A stretch of DNA of 64,000 nt from a virus (taxonomy: Duplodnaviria; Heunggongvirae; Uroviricota; Caudoviricetes), in IMG/VR virus record IMGVR_UViG_3300050026_000241; one strand, 5' to 3'. Of the stretch, positions 53,244 through 62,168 are shown piece by piece. Under the pieces are notes generated by a model, which did no database searches, had not been told where the DNA came from, and worked only from the letters and a program-made list of their open reading frames with translations. The stretch's first letter is position 1. Each line of letters begins with the position of its first letter. The position numbers and the translations under genes are program-made.

Positions 53244-53693
53244 ATGTTTTTCGACGCCACCGAATTGCAAGAAGTCCTGGGCACCGTCACCTGCCCGCAC
53301 ATGAAACGGGCCTTTCGCAACCGAAGCCCTATCACGGTTTCCCTCTGGAATCGGGCCGCTTTCAAGTTGACCGGCGACCACTATAACGGCGGCGCGATCT
53401 ATGCCGCTTGTAGCCGGTATTGCAGCAAAATGGGAGTTTTCGACGGCGGCAAAATGACACCCGGCAACTGGCAAGAGATTGCCGGCAAACTGCCTGGGTT
53501 TATTGCGGACCCGCCCGAATTGGCCCTGAGCCGCTACAGGTACGAAGTGCGCCACGGCCTGACGGACAGCCGGCAAGACAGCGATTACCCGGCCGGGAAA
53601 TTCCGGCTTGACTTTTCCCCGGCACATGTATATAGCTTGATTAAGTTAAATCTGTTCCCCGGCAGGGAACAAACCGACAAGAGGATATTATGA
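53244..53693 (+). CDS. hypothetical protein
   Basis: leader has 21-nt duplication; 3' end encodes next promoter (true stop may be earlier only if sequence differs). Confidence 0.5.
   Translation: MFFDATELQEVLGTVTCPHMKRAFRNRSPITVSLWNRAAFKLTGDHYNGGAIYAACSRYCSKMGVFDGGKMTPGNWQEIAGKLPGFIADPPELALSRYRYEVRHGLTDSRQDSDYPAGKFRLDFSPAHVYSLIKLNLFPGREQTDKRIL
53609..53636 (+). promoter_or_regulatory. sigma70-like promoter cassette inside upstream CDS
   Basis: TGtATATAG; leader with small hairpin to 53690. Confidence 0.5.
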
Positions 53694-54151
53694 GACTTAA
53701 CGCATCGTCCGCCGAAATCGTAAAAGTTCTACGGCGTTACGGCTATGACGTTTCCTTCCCCGTCGAAATCGACTTGCAAGAGTATCAGGCGAAGGTCACC
53801 CTGACCGGCAACCGGCGCGCCCTTGTATCGAAGAACGATCAAGGCGGATGGGTAATGGAATACGCGAAAATTTACCCGGACAAGTTGACCTATCACGATC
53901 ATCTTTGCATCTACAACGCCCTCACCCGCGAGGGCGTGCGCCTTATGGCCCTCTGGTATGACAGCCTATGCGAGCCGGCTCTACGCGATAAGGCCGCCGA
54001 GTATTCGGCAGACTTGAACCAGAATAATTATCTCAAGTGCAAGGTGGAACGGCTATTGAAAGCCGAGCGCAACCGGCAACTTGCCGCCGAGCGAGCCGAG
54101 CAAGCCGCCGCCCTGAAATCTGACTTGACTTCTTCAAACCACATGGTATGA
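53690..54151 (+). CDS. hypothetical protein
   Basis: internal cassette promoter; 3' end encodes the next cassette promoter. Confidence 0.5.
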   Translation: MRLNASSAEIVKVLRRYGYDVSFPVEIDLQEYQAKVTLTGNRRALVSKNDQGGWVMEYAKIYPDKLTYHDHLCIYNALTREGVRLMALWYDSLCEPALRDKAAEYSADLNQNNYLKCKVERLLKAERNRQLAAERAEQAAALKSDLTSSNHMV

Positions 54152-54152
54152 T
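54125..54152 (+). promoter_or_regulatory. sigma70-like promoter cassette
   Basis: near-identical to 52504 copy; ATG 54161. Confidence 0.6.
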
Positions 54153-54160
54153 TGAGAACT

Positions 54161-54508
54161 ATGAAACTCTTTCGCCCTTACACCAGCGTCAAGCCCACCC
54201 TCGCAACGGGCGGGGCCTGTTACAAACTGACCGAAGCCGAGTTACGCCGGCTCGTGCCGAAGGCCGCCGCCGATGACATCATGGCCGCCGCCAACAGCCG
54301 CGAGCCGGGCCAATGGAGCAAGGAAACCGTTTCCTACCCCTTGAACCGCCCCGGCACCGTTACCGTGCAAAACGTCGAATTCTACGGCGGAGAAAACTTT
54401 GGGCAAGCCTACGCTTTCCCGGCCGAAATCCGGCACAATACGACGCAATCGGCTTTTGCCGCCTGTGTCAACCGCCTGCGCATACCCCTCCGTCCCCTCA
54501 ACTACTAG
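54161..54508 (+). CDS. hypothetical protein
   Basis: cassette promoter, short leader. Confidence 0.5.
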   Translation: MKLFRPYTSVKPTLATGGACYKLTEAELRRLVPKAAADDIMAAANSREPGQWSKETVSYPLNRPGTVTVQNVEFYGGENFGQAYAFPAEIRHNTTQSAFAACVNRLRIPLRPLNY

Positions 54509-54526
54509 CCCTGACTCGACGCCGCC

Positions 54527-55090
54527 ATGCAAAACAAAACCATCGCCAAGAAGGTAGACGAAATCGAACGACAGATTAACACCGGCCGTTCTGCCCTGCA
54601 CGCGCCAACGGGCAAGAAGGCCGATTCCGCAATGTTTGACGCCCAGCGTTACGCTATCGGCTTTTCGTACCGGGCAAGAGAAGGCCACCTTACACCGAAG
54701 GGCTTGATTATCAACGCGAACCGTCTAGCCCGCCTGATTGCCGCCGCCCGCCCCACCGTTCCCGCTATCGACGGTATCGCCCTTAACGCCCTTACCCGCG
54801 CCCAAATGGCCGCCAACGCCCTTGCCGCCGCCTTGCTACCGGCCCCGGCCCCGGCAGTAAGCGGGCCGGCGAAACAAGCGACAAAACGACCGACTATGAA
54901 TCAAAACGAATTCATTGTCAAGGCCGATGCCGCGAAAGATCAAGCCCAGGTTTACTTTCGCAACCGGCGTTTGACCCTCCGGCAGTACGGTTGCATACTC
55001 CGTAACATCGGAGCAACCGTCAAGAAGCACGAAACCGAATCGGCCCCGGCAGAAAGCCGCCTTGCCGAGATTTTGCAAAAGTTGACTTGA
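54527..55090 (+). CDS. hypothetical protein
   Basis: 187-aa ORF. Confidence 0.5.
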   Translation: MQNKTIAKKVDEIERQINTGRSALHAPTGKKADSAMFDAQRYAIGFSYRAREGHLTPKGLIINANRLARLIAAARPTVPAIDGIALNALTRAQMAANALAAALLPAPAPAVSGPAKQATKRPTMNQNEFIVKADAAKDQAQVYFRNRRLTLRQYGCILRNIGATVKKHETESAPAESRLAEILQKLT

Positions 55091-55114
55091 CTTCTCCCCG
55101 GCACATGGTATGAT
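55087..55114 (+). promoter_or_regulatory. sigma70-like promoter cassette (doubled -35)
   Basis: GTTGACTTGACT; leader to 55151. Confidence 0.6.
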
Positions 55115-55150
55115 TGAATATCTAACAGAATATCTAACAGGGAGCAACAC

Positions 55151-55528
55151 ATGACCGCCGACGAATACAAAGCATACGAAGCCGCCGTCGCCAAGTTCTT
55201 TTTCCTTGAGGGAGTCACGAATCTCTCAACCGGGCATTACCGTTGCCCGAATTGCAGCACCCCGGAACGGGATGTCGAATTCGACGACAACGGTATCTGC
55301 CCAGAATGTGGCGCTGATCGGGAAATCCTGAACGAGTCGAGTTTCTCATGGCGACGTTGCGATTGTTGCAACCGGCCCCTGGGCGGGGACCGGGAATTTG
55401 CAACCGGCTACAACCCCACAACGCGCGAGATTCAGGAATATCACATCTGCACCGATTGTGTCTACTTTGCCGAGTACGGCCGCCTTGACGATATGACCAT
55501 GATGAAAGTGGAGGAAAGCAAGCAATGA
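55151..55528 (+). CDS. zinc-finger-rich hypothetical protein
   Basis: CPNC, CPECG, CDCCN, CTDC. Confidence 0.55.
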   Translation: MTADEYKAYEAAVAKFFFLEGVTNLSTGHYRCPNCSTPERDVEFDDNGICPECGADREILNESSFSWRRCDCCNRPLGGDREFATGYNPTTREIQEYHICTDCVYFAEYGRLDDMTMMKVEESKQ

Positions 55529-55719
55529 GCAAATGGCAATTATTCAGCCTGTTAGCCGATGCCGACGCCCGGCCCCGGCACTTTACCGATAACAACGGGG
55601 TTCAATACTTTGGACTTCTGCAATCGGTAGCAAGGGAGAGCGGTAACGGTTCTTCCTTTAATGTCACCGTTGCAAATCAATCGGGTTGTGCCACATTCCA
55701 TTTAAGAACGGTTGACTAA
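55525..55719 (+). CDS. hypothetical protein
   Basis: 64-aa ORF. Confidence 0.45.
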   Translation: MSKWQLFSLLADADARPRHFTDNNGVQYFGLLQSVARESGNGSSFNVTVANQSGCATFHLRTVD

Positions 55720-55934
55720 TGAATTGCATCTATTGCAACGCCGTAGTTGCCGATGGCAACCTTGAACGGCACGCGGAACAAAGCGCCCTGTGCGCCCGTA
55801 TGGCCCTGGCTTTCATCCGTTCGATTCCTACCGGGCACGCCGACATCGACGGTTCTTTCAGCCGCGAGGATAAGGCTGGGGCAATCCGGCGAAGCCGGGC
55901 ACGTCTAGCGAAAGCATTGGCGGCCCCGGCGTAA
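55719..55934 (+). CDS. hypothetical protein
   Basis: CIYC N-terminus. Confidence 0.45.
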   Translation: MNCIYCNAVVADGNLERHAEQSALCARMALAFIRSIPTGHADIDGSFSREDKAGAIRRSRARLAKALAAPA

Positions 55935-55995
55935 CTCCGGTAAAATCGAAAACCGAATTTTCAAACTTTGGCCCTTTTCCTTCACGGTTGCGCAC
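55930..55995 (+). repeat. dispersed noncoding element (copy 3)
   Basis: CGAAAACCGAATTTTCAAACTTTGGCCCTTTTCCTTCACGGTTGCGCACACCC. Confidence 0.5.
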
Positions 55996-56016
55996 ACCCA
56001 CCCACCCAGGCTAATT

Positions 56017-56262
56017 ATGAGCAGCAAGAAGAATCGACCGAAACCCGCCGCCAAAACCCTGCGCGACAAGAAGAAAGCGAAAGACACCCGCTGCGCGAAA
56101 CGGAAAGAGCGGGCCTGGGCCGCGAAATTGACCGCCCCGGCCCTGCCGACTTGGAAGCGACCGCCCGGCCCCTTGCCGCCACCCGGCCCCTTGCCGCCAC
56201 CTGCGGCCGGCGAAAATAGCCACTTGGATTCTGGCTTGACTTCTCCCCGGCACATGGTATGA
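56017..56262 (+). CDS. basic hypothetical protein with PGPLPP x2
   Basis: 3' end encodes next cassette promoter. Confidence 0.45.
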   Translation: MSSKKNRPKPAAKTLRDKKKAKDTRCAKRKERAWAAKLTAPALPTWKRPPGPLPPPGPLPPPAAGENSHLDSGLTSPRHMV

Positions 56263-56263
56263 T
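56236..56263 (+). promoter_or_regulatory. sigma70-like promoter cassette
   Basis: leader to 56293. Confidence 0.6.
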
Positions 56264-56292
56264 TGATCTAACAACGCAACAGGGAGCAAGCA

Positions 56293-56724
56293 ATGAACAA
56301 TTACATTCTCTACGCCTACCCGCATACGGCCGGCGCGAAGAACAAGGGAATCATCGGCACCAGCGGGCCGAACCCCCGCGCCACAATCCACAATTCCAGC
56401 GGCCTACGGCCGGAGCGGTTTTACTTCCGGGCCGCCGACAATGCCGCCGCCTACCGCTACGTTTGCGAGAATTACCGGCCGGAAGATACCCGGCCGCTAT
56501 CGGGCAAGAGTTACATCAAGCCCCGCAAGTTGGCGGAAGGGGATAGGGTCTATCTCATTGAGCCTTACCGCCTGGGGTGGAACGATAACGGCGATAAGGT
56601 TTACGCCGATTGTGGCGTCATTTCCGAAGTACTCGAAACATTCATCAGTATCGACTTTAACGGTGTTCACGATCAGCACTATCACACGCGGTTTGTCGAT
56701 TTTTCCTTGAGTGAGATTCTCTAA
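56293..56724 (+). CDS. hypothetical protein
   Basis: cassette promoter + leader. Confidence 0.55.
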   Translation: MNNYILYAYPHTAGAKNKGIIGTSGPNPRATIHNSSGLRPERFYFRAADNAAAYRYVCENYRPEDTRPLSGKSYIKPRKLAEGDRVYLIEPYRLGWNDNGDKVYADCGVISEVLETFISIDFNGVHDQHYHTRFVDFSLSEIL

Positions 56725-56738
56725 CAGAAGGTAGCATC

Positions 56739-56966
56739 ATGGCAATCAATATGGGAACGGGTGGCAAGCGACGGGGGAAAAACCTATGGCTCGACCTTGT
56801 TACCTCTCAGCAGCAATGGGTTGCGGAGCATGGCGGGGACTTGGCGGGCTACATCGACCGCTACACCGGCCGATACGGGCGAACCGTGGAAAACGCGACA
56901 GCGATCTATCAGGCGGATATTGACGCCCTGAAACGATACGAAGCCCACCTTGCCAATTATCGGTAA
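56739..56966 (+). CDS. hypothetical protein
   Basis: GAAGGTAGCATCATG RBS. Confidence 0.5.
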   Translation: MAINMGTGGKRRGKNLWLDLVTSQQQWVAEHGGDLAGYIDRYTGRYGRTVENATAIYQADIDALKRYEAHLANYR

Positions 56967-56983
56967 TCCCGTTGAAATTCGAC

Positions 56984-57011
56984 TTGACTTCTTCCCGGCA
57001 CATGCTATGAT
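56984..57011 (+). promoter_or_regulatory. sigma70-like promoter cassette
   Basis: leader to 57055. Confidence 0.6.
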
Positions 57012-57054
57012 TGTATAGATTCACAACGCAACGCAAGCAACAGGGAGCAAAACA

Positions 57055-57426
57055 ATGGGAATACAAGTTCCGCGATTGGCGAAGGGTAAGGGCTATAAAG
57101 GGCCGGAGTTTTACGGTTGTTTCAATACCGGCATGGCCCCGGCAATCTTTCATTCGCGCACCGGCAAGTATGTGGTGGGGCCGGAAATCCCCTGCCGTGA
57201 CGCAATGCGGGCCTGTGCTTGCCTTGATAACAAGCGCACCTGGGGCACCGACCCGCGCCGCAAGGTTTACATTTTCAAAGGCCGGGCCGCCGCCGTTTCA
57301 AAGTTCCTGGCATTGTGCGGGGCGGCAATTCTACAGAACCACCAGATACGGCAAGAGCATATCGAAACCGCCCGCAAGGCAAAGGCCGGGGACATTGGGG
57401 CCGCCCTTGCCCTGGGAGATTACTAA
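57055..57426 (+). CDS. hypothetical protein
   Basis: cassette promoter + leader. Confidence 0.55.
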   Translation: MGIQVPRLAKGKGYKGPEFYGCFNTGMAPAIFHSRTGKYVVGPEIPCRDAMRACACLDNKRTWGTDPRRKVYIFKGRAAAVSKFLALCGAAILQNHQIRQEHIETARKAKAGDIGAALALGDY

Positions 57427-57624
57427 ATGGCAAAGCGACCGCCGAAACCTATCGACCCGGCCGATGCCCGCGAAACCGTCTATGCGGTCCTGAACGTAAT
57501 GCAGGGAGTGACGGCCGGCATGTTGCAAATGGCGACACAACTGCCAGCGGCCTACTGTCACGAAGTTGCCGCCCTCCACCGGCGGCTACTTGCCCGATAT
57601 GGGGATGATTGGGAAAATTCCTAG
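57427..57624 (+). CDS. hypothetical protein
   Basis: 65-aa ORF. Confidence 0.45.
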   Translation: MAKRPPKPIDPADARETVYAVLNVMQGVTAGMLQMATQLPAAYCHEVAALHRRLLARYGDDWENS

Positions 57625-57632
57625 ACCGCCGC

Positions 57633-57660
57633 TTGACTTCGCCCCGGCACATGGTATGAT
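57633..57660 (+). promoter_or_regulatory. sigma70-like promoter cassette
   Basis: leader to 57694. Confidence 0.6.
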
Positions 57661-57693
57661 TAAGTAGGTTCACAACACAACAGGGAGCAAACC

Positions 57694-58254
57694 ATGAGCG
57701 TGCATATCGTAGATCGAATTGAAGCTGTCCGCTTTCCCGCCCTCGCTATCGGCCACTATGAGGATGTCTTTCTCGTCATGGAATTGGGCGGCGACAATAA
57801 TTGCACAAACGCCCGCACCGGCCGCCGCGCGAAATCGTGGTCCGCTACTTGCATCGGGCCGGACTGGGTTGTAGTTGGCGATTGCTGCCGTTTCGCGGCC
57901 GATTGTGCGGGCGGTTCTACGAAGTTGAAAAGCCGCCGCACAACGCCCGAAGCCTACATCCGGGCCTATCGCAAGGCCCTGGCAAACGCTACCACCTTGC
58001 AAGACGCACTTGTTTCGCGCGGCCTGCATATCCGGGGGCGCATTCGATTCAACCCCGCCGATAAGAGCGGGGCCTACGCCCTGGAAAGGGCAATCGCGGG
58101 TGGCAAGGCCCCGGTTGAAATCGACTACTTCGGTACGAAGATGCTTTCCGTCGAATTCAATCTTGACGACACTGCCGACCTTTCCCTTTGGAACGATTGT
58201 CGGCACGGTACGGGCTGGAACAACTGTGACGTTCACGGCCCCGGCTGCCATTAA
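57694..58254 (+). CDS. Cys-rich hypothetical protein
   Basis: cassette promoter + leader. Confidence 0.55.
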   Translation: MSVHIVDRIEAVRFPALAIGHYEDVFLVMELGGDNNCTNARTGRRAKSWSATCIGPDWVVVGDCCRFAADCAGGSTKLKSRRTTPEAYIRAYRKALANATTLQDALVSRGLHIRGRIRFNPADKSGAYALERAIAGGKAPVEIDYFGTKMLSVEFNLDDTADLSLWNDCRHGTGWNNCDVHGPGCH

Positions 58255-58269
58255 ATTCTTACGGCCGGC

Positions 58270-58297
58270 TTGACTTCTCCCCGGCACATGCTATGAT
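58270..58297 (+). promoter_or_regulatory. sigma70-like promoter cassette
   Basis: leader to 58351. Confidence 0.6.
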
Positions 58298-58350
58298 TGA
58301 GTAAGTTCAGACCGTGTAAACGCAACAGGGAGCAACAGGGAGCAAACAGT

Positions 58351-58662
58351 ATGACCGACACCGAAACCACCGTTGACGAAGTTATCTTTCGCGTTTGGAA
58401 CAAAGTCCGACATGGTGGGTGTGACGACGTTTTCGCGCTCTTCCCCTACATCCCGGCGACCGACCGCTACGTCACCAGTTATCAGTATATCGGCCAGCAT
58501 TGCGCCGCCGATTACGACTGGTGTATCGCGCATAGCCGCCCGGCCACCCCTGCCGAGTATGCAGACCTTTTAGCCGAATTGCGCGGCCTGGGATACTGCC
58601 CCCGGGCGGTTACGCGAGTCAACCGCCACCGTATGCTTGACGCCTTCGCGGCGATTCTGTGA
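58351..58662 (+). CDS. hypothetical protein
   Basis: leader has CAACAGGGAGCAA x2. Confidence 0.55.
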   Translation: MTDTETTVDEVIFRVWNKVRHGGCDDVFALFPYIPATDRYVTSYQYIGQHCAADYDWCIAHSRPATPAEYADLLAELRGLGYCPRAVTRVNRHRMLDAFAAIL

Positions 58663-58669
58663 ACACCGC

Positions 58670-58697
58670 TTGACTTTTACCCGGCACATGGTAGAGT
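58670..58697 (+). promoter_or_regulatory. sigma70-like promoter cassette
   Basis: TGgTAGAGT; leader to 58728. Confidence 0.55.
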
Positions 58698-58727
58698 TCA
58701 TTATCTAACAAGCAACAGGGAGAAACC

Positions 58728-59132
58728 ATGTTCAACACCGAGCGAGCCGAAGCCACCGTGAGACTTGATACCGCTATCCGATTCCGACAAATGGGCGGGG
58801 GTTACTGGTATCCCGATACGACCACCGACCGCAACGCTATCAAGTTGGCAGGGGTCAAGACTTTCAAGCCGACGAAGACCGAGGATGAAATCCTGACGCA
58901 ACTTTCCGGGGTTGCCTTTTGCGAATTTCTGACGCCGCCCCTGGGCCGCAACAGCGAGAAGGCCGCCCTCGTTACCGCCTTTCAAGCGCGGCAAACCGCC
59001 TACGCCGCCCAGCCCCTAAGCGACCGTGACGCAAAGCGGCTTGCAATCGTCGAAACCGCGCTTGAGCAACTGGAATACCCCACGGCCGAAGCTATCGACG
59101 CCGCCGCGCATATTCTGGAAATGCTGGCTTGA
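58728..59132 (+). CDS. hypothetical protein
   Basis: cassette promoter + leader. Confidence 0.55.
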   Translation: MFNTERAEATVRLDTAIRFRQMGGGYWYPDTTTDRNAIKLAGVKTFKPTKTEDEILTQLSGVAFCEFLTPPLGRNSEKAALVTAFQARQTAYAAQPLSDRDAKRLAIVETALEQLEYPTAEAIDAAAHILEMLA

Positions 59133-59156
59133 CTTCTCTCCGGCACATGGTATGAT
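59129..59156 (+). promoter_or_regulatory. sigma70-like promoter cassette
   Basis: leader to 59206. Confidence 0.6.
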
Positions 59157-59205
59157 TGAGTAAGTTCAAACTACAACGCAACCGCAAGCAACAGGAACAA
59201 AGACC

Positions 59206-59658
59206 ATGATCGACCACGAAACCGACCCTTACACTCTGCCTATCGACGCCCACGTTATCAGCCTGAACGAAACGGACCACTATCAGATCGACGAAGCCGA
59301 CGCCCCTTTCATCGCGGAAATCCGCGGCGCGTACTTTTACGACAGTAATGTCGTTACGTGTTGCTGCGAATTGACCGGAAGTTATTTCCTCATGCACATT
59401 GGCGACTCCGTTATCCTGACGCCGGCCGGGGAGGAATTGGACGATGACGCGAAGGACGAGATTTACCAGAAGTACGAATTTAACGGCGGGGACGATATTT
59501 ACATGCACGCGCACACCATCGACCGCCTTGCCGCCAATGCCGAATACCGCTTCGAGTATCACCACTATGGCGAGACTGGCGTTTCTTACGACGAATCGGA
59601 CTATGAATCCCAAATTGAGGGATTGCGGGAACACTTCTGCGGAAACGCATACGTCTAA
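59206..59658 (+). CDS. acidic hypothetical protein
   Basis: followed by intrinsic terminator. Confidence 0.55.
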   Translation: MIDHETDPYTLPIDAHVISLNETDHYQIDEADAPFIAEIRGAYFYDSNVVTCCCELTGSYFLMHIGDSVILTPAGEELDDDAKDEIYQKYEFNGGDDIYMHAHTIDRLAANAEYRFEYHHYGETGVSYDESDYESQIEGLREHFCGNAYV

Positions 59659-59684
59659 TCGACGCCACAACTTATCCCGTTGCC

Positions 59685-59729
59685 CCGGCCGGCTTGCCCT
59701 CCCCTTGCAAGCCGGCCGGTTGTTTTTCT
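59685..59729 (+). terminator. rho-independent terminator
   Basis: CCGGCCGGCTTGC...GCAAGCCGGCCGG stem followed by TTGTTTTTCT. Confidence 0.7.
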
Positions 59730-59739
59730 GGGATGAAAC

Positions 59740-59767
59740 TTGACTTCTCCCCGGCACATGGTATGAT
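59740..59767 (+). promoter_or_regulatory. sigma70-like promoter cassette
   Basis: leader to 59799. Confidence 0.6.
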
Positions 59768-59798
59768 TGATTAACAGTCAACAACAGGGAGCAACAAA

Positions 59799-60044
59799 AT
59801 GAGCAAGCCAGTACGATTTTTCGAGCAAGCCGACAGAACCGGCAGTGTTATTACCTACTCTTGGATCATCGACGCCCCGAAGCGGGCCGCCCGGCACTTG
59901 CCCGGATGGAAGTGGGTTGTCGGCCGCCCCGGCAGCTTCGTCACTAACGACCGGCAAACCGCCGCCGAAACGGCCGCCCGCCTGGGCCTTACCCCGCAAT
60001 CGAACGGCACGCACCACGTTCACAACGCCCCCTTCTGCCTCTAA
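59799..60044 (+). CDS. hypothetical protein
   Basis: cassette promoter + leader. Confidence 0.5.
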   Translation: MSKPVRFFEQADRTGSVITYSWIIDAPKRAARHLPGWKWVVGRPGSFVTNDRQTAAETAARLGLTPQSNGTHHVHNAPFCL

Positions 60045-60055
60045 CAACGCGAATC

Positions 60056-60274
60056 ATGTGCAACCATAGCGACCATCCTCTTGACGCCCGGTTTATCGTG
60101 CAACTGACTCAAATGAGTACCGGCAGCACGCACCTATCGGACCCTACCGACCGCCGCCAACTTGCCCGTAGCATTCGGGCCGCCCGCCGCGAAACGCAAC
60201 ACTATCAAGCGCAACGCGATTACACCGGCCCCTACCGCATCTTCGACCACTGGACACCCCGCCGCCCGGGTTGA
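60056..60274 (+). CDS. hypothetical protein
   Basis: 72-aa ORF. Confidence 0.4.
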   Translation: MCNHSDHPLDARFIVQLTQMSTGSTHLSDPTDRRQLARSIRAARRETQHYQAQRDYTGPYRIFDHWTPRRPG

Positions 60275-60336
60275 CCCTATCGACGTTTACCGAATTGTCC
60301 CCCGGCCGGACCCCTCCGAAAATCTTGACGGCCCAT

Positions 60337-60364
60337 TTGACATTGCCCCGGCACATGGTATGAT
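60337..60364 (+). promoter_or_regulatory. sigma70-like promoter cassette (-35 TTGACA)
   Basis: leader to ~60407. Confidence 0.5.
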
Positions 60365-60406
60365 TGATTATCAGTCAACGCAATCACGCCGCAACAGGGA
60401 GCAACA

Positions 60407-60574
60407 ATGTACGCCACGACCCAGAAAACCAGCAAGCCAATGATTATCAGCGGCCGGGACATCCTGGCCGGGACTCGACAACTTTACAAGTTGCCGTTTC
60501 GTTGCGAAACGCATGGAAAGAAGGGGCGAAAAACGCGAGGGGAAATCAGCCGCCGCGCTATCAGGGAATTCTAA
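60407..60574 (+). CDS. small basic protein
   Basis: 55 aa after cassette promoter + leader; not in track; approximate. Confidence 0.4.
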   Translation: MYATTQKTSKPMIISGRDILAGTRQLYKLPFRCETHGKKGRKTRGEISRRAIREF

Positions 60575-60583
60575 TTGCCCGGC

Positions 60584-60611
60584 TTGACTTCTTAGAGGCA
60601 CATGGTAGAGT
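60584..60611 (+). promoter_or_regulatory. sigma70-like promoter cassette
   Basis: TGgTAGAGT; leader to 60654. Confidence 0.55.
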
Positions 60612-60653
60612 TAAATATCTAACAACGCAACAGGGAGCAACAGGGAGCAAACA

Positions 60654-60836
60654 ATGGACTTTCAAGTAGGTCAGCATTTGATACATACCGACCGCCGCCA
60701 ATGTCAAACAATTTGCGAGTTTCGCGGTTTCCATAACCACGCCGAAACCGGGCAGCGCGTAGCCCGCGTGATCTTCCGCCCGGTTGCCGGGCCGCCGTTT
60801 GAAACCTCCGTTGACCCCGCCGAATTGAGAGCCTGA
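60654..60836 (+). CDS. hypothetical protein
   Basis: cassette promoter + leader. Confidence 0.5.
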   Translation: MDFQVGQHLIHTDRRQCQTICEFRGFHNHAETGQRVARVIFRPVAGPPFETSVDPAELRA

Positions 60837-60852
60837 CACCGGAGCAAGAGCA

Positions 60853-61044
60853 ATGCACAACATTCGCCTATCATTGACGCCGGCCGGCTGGGTTGCCCGG
60901 TACACTGACCCGGAGATTTACCGGCTATTCAAGACCGTCACCTTATTGACCACTTTCACGGCCAACGCCGCGCCTATGGCCGTTCTAGCGGAAATTAGAC
61001 GACTTAACCCGGCCGCCGATGTTCAACTAGACCTGGGAGATTGA
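60853..61044 (+). CDS. hypothetical protein
   Basis: 3' end shares CAACTAGACCTGGGAGATTGA with ~36268. Confidence 0.45.
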   Translation: MHNIRLSLTPAGWVARYTDPEIYRLFKTVTLLTTFTANAAPMAVLAEIRRLNPAADVQLDLGD

Positions 61045-61062
61045 CTTGACTTCGCCCCGGCG
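61035..61062 (+). promoter_or_regulatory. sigma70-like promoter cassette (doubled -35)
   Basis: TGgTAGTAT; leader with (CAACG)n to 61128. Confidence 0.55.
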
Positions 61063-61069
61063 CATGGTA

Positions 61070-61105
61070 GTATTAAGTAACAACGCAACGCAACGCAACG
61101 CAACG
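61070..61105 (+). repeat. (CAACG)n pentanucleotide repeat in 5' leader
   Basis: 5-6 units; exact count uncertain. Confidence 0.7.
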
Positions 61106-61127
61106 CAACGCAACAGAAAGTAGAACA

Positions 61128-61388
61128 ATGAGCAACACAACCGCGACCGCAACCGAAATCTATCCGAAAGAACTTTTCGACCTTGCCGACGCAATCAAAC
61201 GGCAGCCGCCCGACATTCGGGCCGCCCTTGCCGCCCCGTTGAAAACGGCCCTTGACGCCGCCGCCCGCCTCCGGCTCGTCCTGACGCTAGTACAGGACAC
61301 CTTGCAACAGATACGGCTTGACATCAAGTTTCTGACCTTCGACCTTGAGGCAACGCGCCGCGAGCGCGATGCCGCGAAAGGATTGTAA
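61128..61388 (+). CDS. hypothetical protein
   Basis: leader has (CAACG)n. Confidence 0.5.
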   Translation: MSNTTATATEIYPKELFDLADAIKRQPPDIRAALAAPLKTALDAAARLRLVLTLVQDTLQQIRLDIKFLTFDLEATRRERDAAKGL

Positions 61389-61390
61389 CA

Positions 61391-61612
61391 ATGGCAGCGA
61401 TTGCAACATTCAACGGCCGCAATATGAAAACCATACGCCGGGCCGATGCCACGTCTTTCGGACCCTCTTCCGGGGGTCAAGACGGCCGCAACGAAACACA
61501 TGCAAAGCGGGAAGTAGCGGAAGAAGTTGCCGCCCGACTTACACAACTCGATTACCTTTTCCCTACCCAAAAACGACCCCAGAAACGACCCCAGAAACGG
61601 AGCAGCAAATGA
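61391..61612 (+). CDS. hypothetical protein
   Basis: KRPQKRPQK from 12-nt duplication. Confidence 0.45.
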   Translation: MAAIATFNGRNMKTIRRADATSFGPSSGGQDGRNETHAKREVAEEVAARLTQLDYLFPTQKRPQKRPQKRSSK

Positions 61613-61767
61613 AACCCATGCGAACGTACAAGGACAAAAATAACCTGACCGGCACGGCCGCCGAACTCGCTACAATCGAAAAGGTCCGCACGGAGTTTCA
61701 AGCGGAATGGCTTTTGCAGAAGGCCCGCCTGACGCGCAAGACGGCCGCCGCCAAGAAGCGGGCTTAA
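61609..61767 (+). CDS. small basic protein
   Basis: 52 aa; ATGA overlap; approximate. Confidence 0.35.
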   Translation: MKPMRTYKDKNNLTGTAAELATIEKVRTEFQAEWLLQKARLTRKTAAAKKRA

Positions 61768-61799
61768 CTTTCAACTTAACTTTCGACTTAACTTTCGAC
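61768..61799 (+). repeat. 12-nt tandem iterons CTTAACTTTCGA(~x3) upstream of -35
   Basis: seen directly. Confidence 0.75.
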
Positions 61800-61827
61800 T
61801 TGACTTCGCCCCGGCACATGGTATTAT
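61800..61827 (+). promoter_or_regulatory. sigma70-like promoter cassette preceded by 12-nt iterons
   Basis: TGgTATTAT; leader to 61852. Confidence 0.55.
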
Positions 61828-61851
61828 TGAGTAACCTAACAGGGAGAAATC

Positions 61852-62124
61852 ATGGCAAAAAACAACGGCAAATGCAGCGAGTGTAACAAGAGCCTGCGCA
61901 TCAGCGTAGAGCAGTTTATCGGCCCCGCCAAGAGTAAGCCGATTGCCCCCGGCACTACAATGCCGGGTGGCACTACAACCTGCATAAAGCAACTAAGCGG
62001 AACAAGCTGGTGCGCGGATTTTCGCGTAGGAAACTGGGCAATCATCGACGGCCGCAAAATCTGCACGACCTGCGCAGAAGCTAAACTCGACCCGAACAAT
62101 CACCCGGCACTTGAGCCGACTTGA
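61852..62124 (+). CDS. Cys-rich hypothetical protein
   Basis: CSECN...CTTC. Confidence 0.5.
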   Translation: MAKNNGKCSECNKSLRISVEQFIGPAKSKPIAPGTTMPGGTTTCIKQLSGTSWCADFRVGNWAIIDGRKICTTCAEAKLDPNNHPALEPT

Positions 62125-62168
62125 GAATCGACTTGAGAATCGACTTGAGAATCGACTTGAGAATCGAC
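62117..62168 (+). repeat. 12-nt tandem iterons CGACTTGAGAAT x4 upstream of -35
   Basis: seen directly. Confidence 0.8.

Noticed and set aside
60364-60669. 101-aa ORF (MIISQRNHAATGSNN...)
   Set aside because: Reads through a promoter cassette and leader in the wrong frame; the likely real product is the 55-aa ORF at ~60407..60574.
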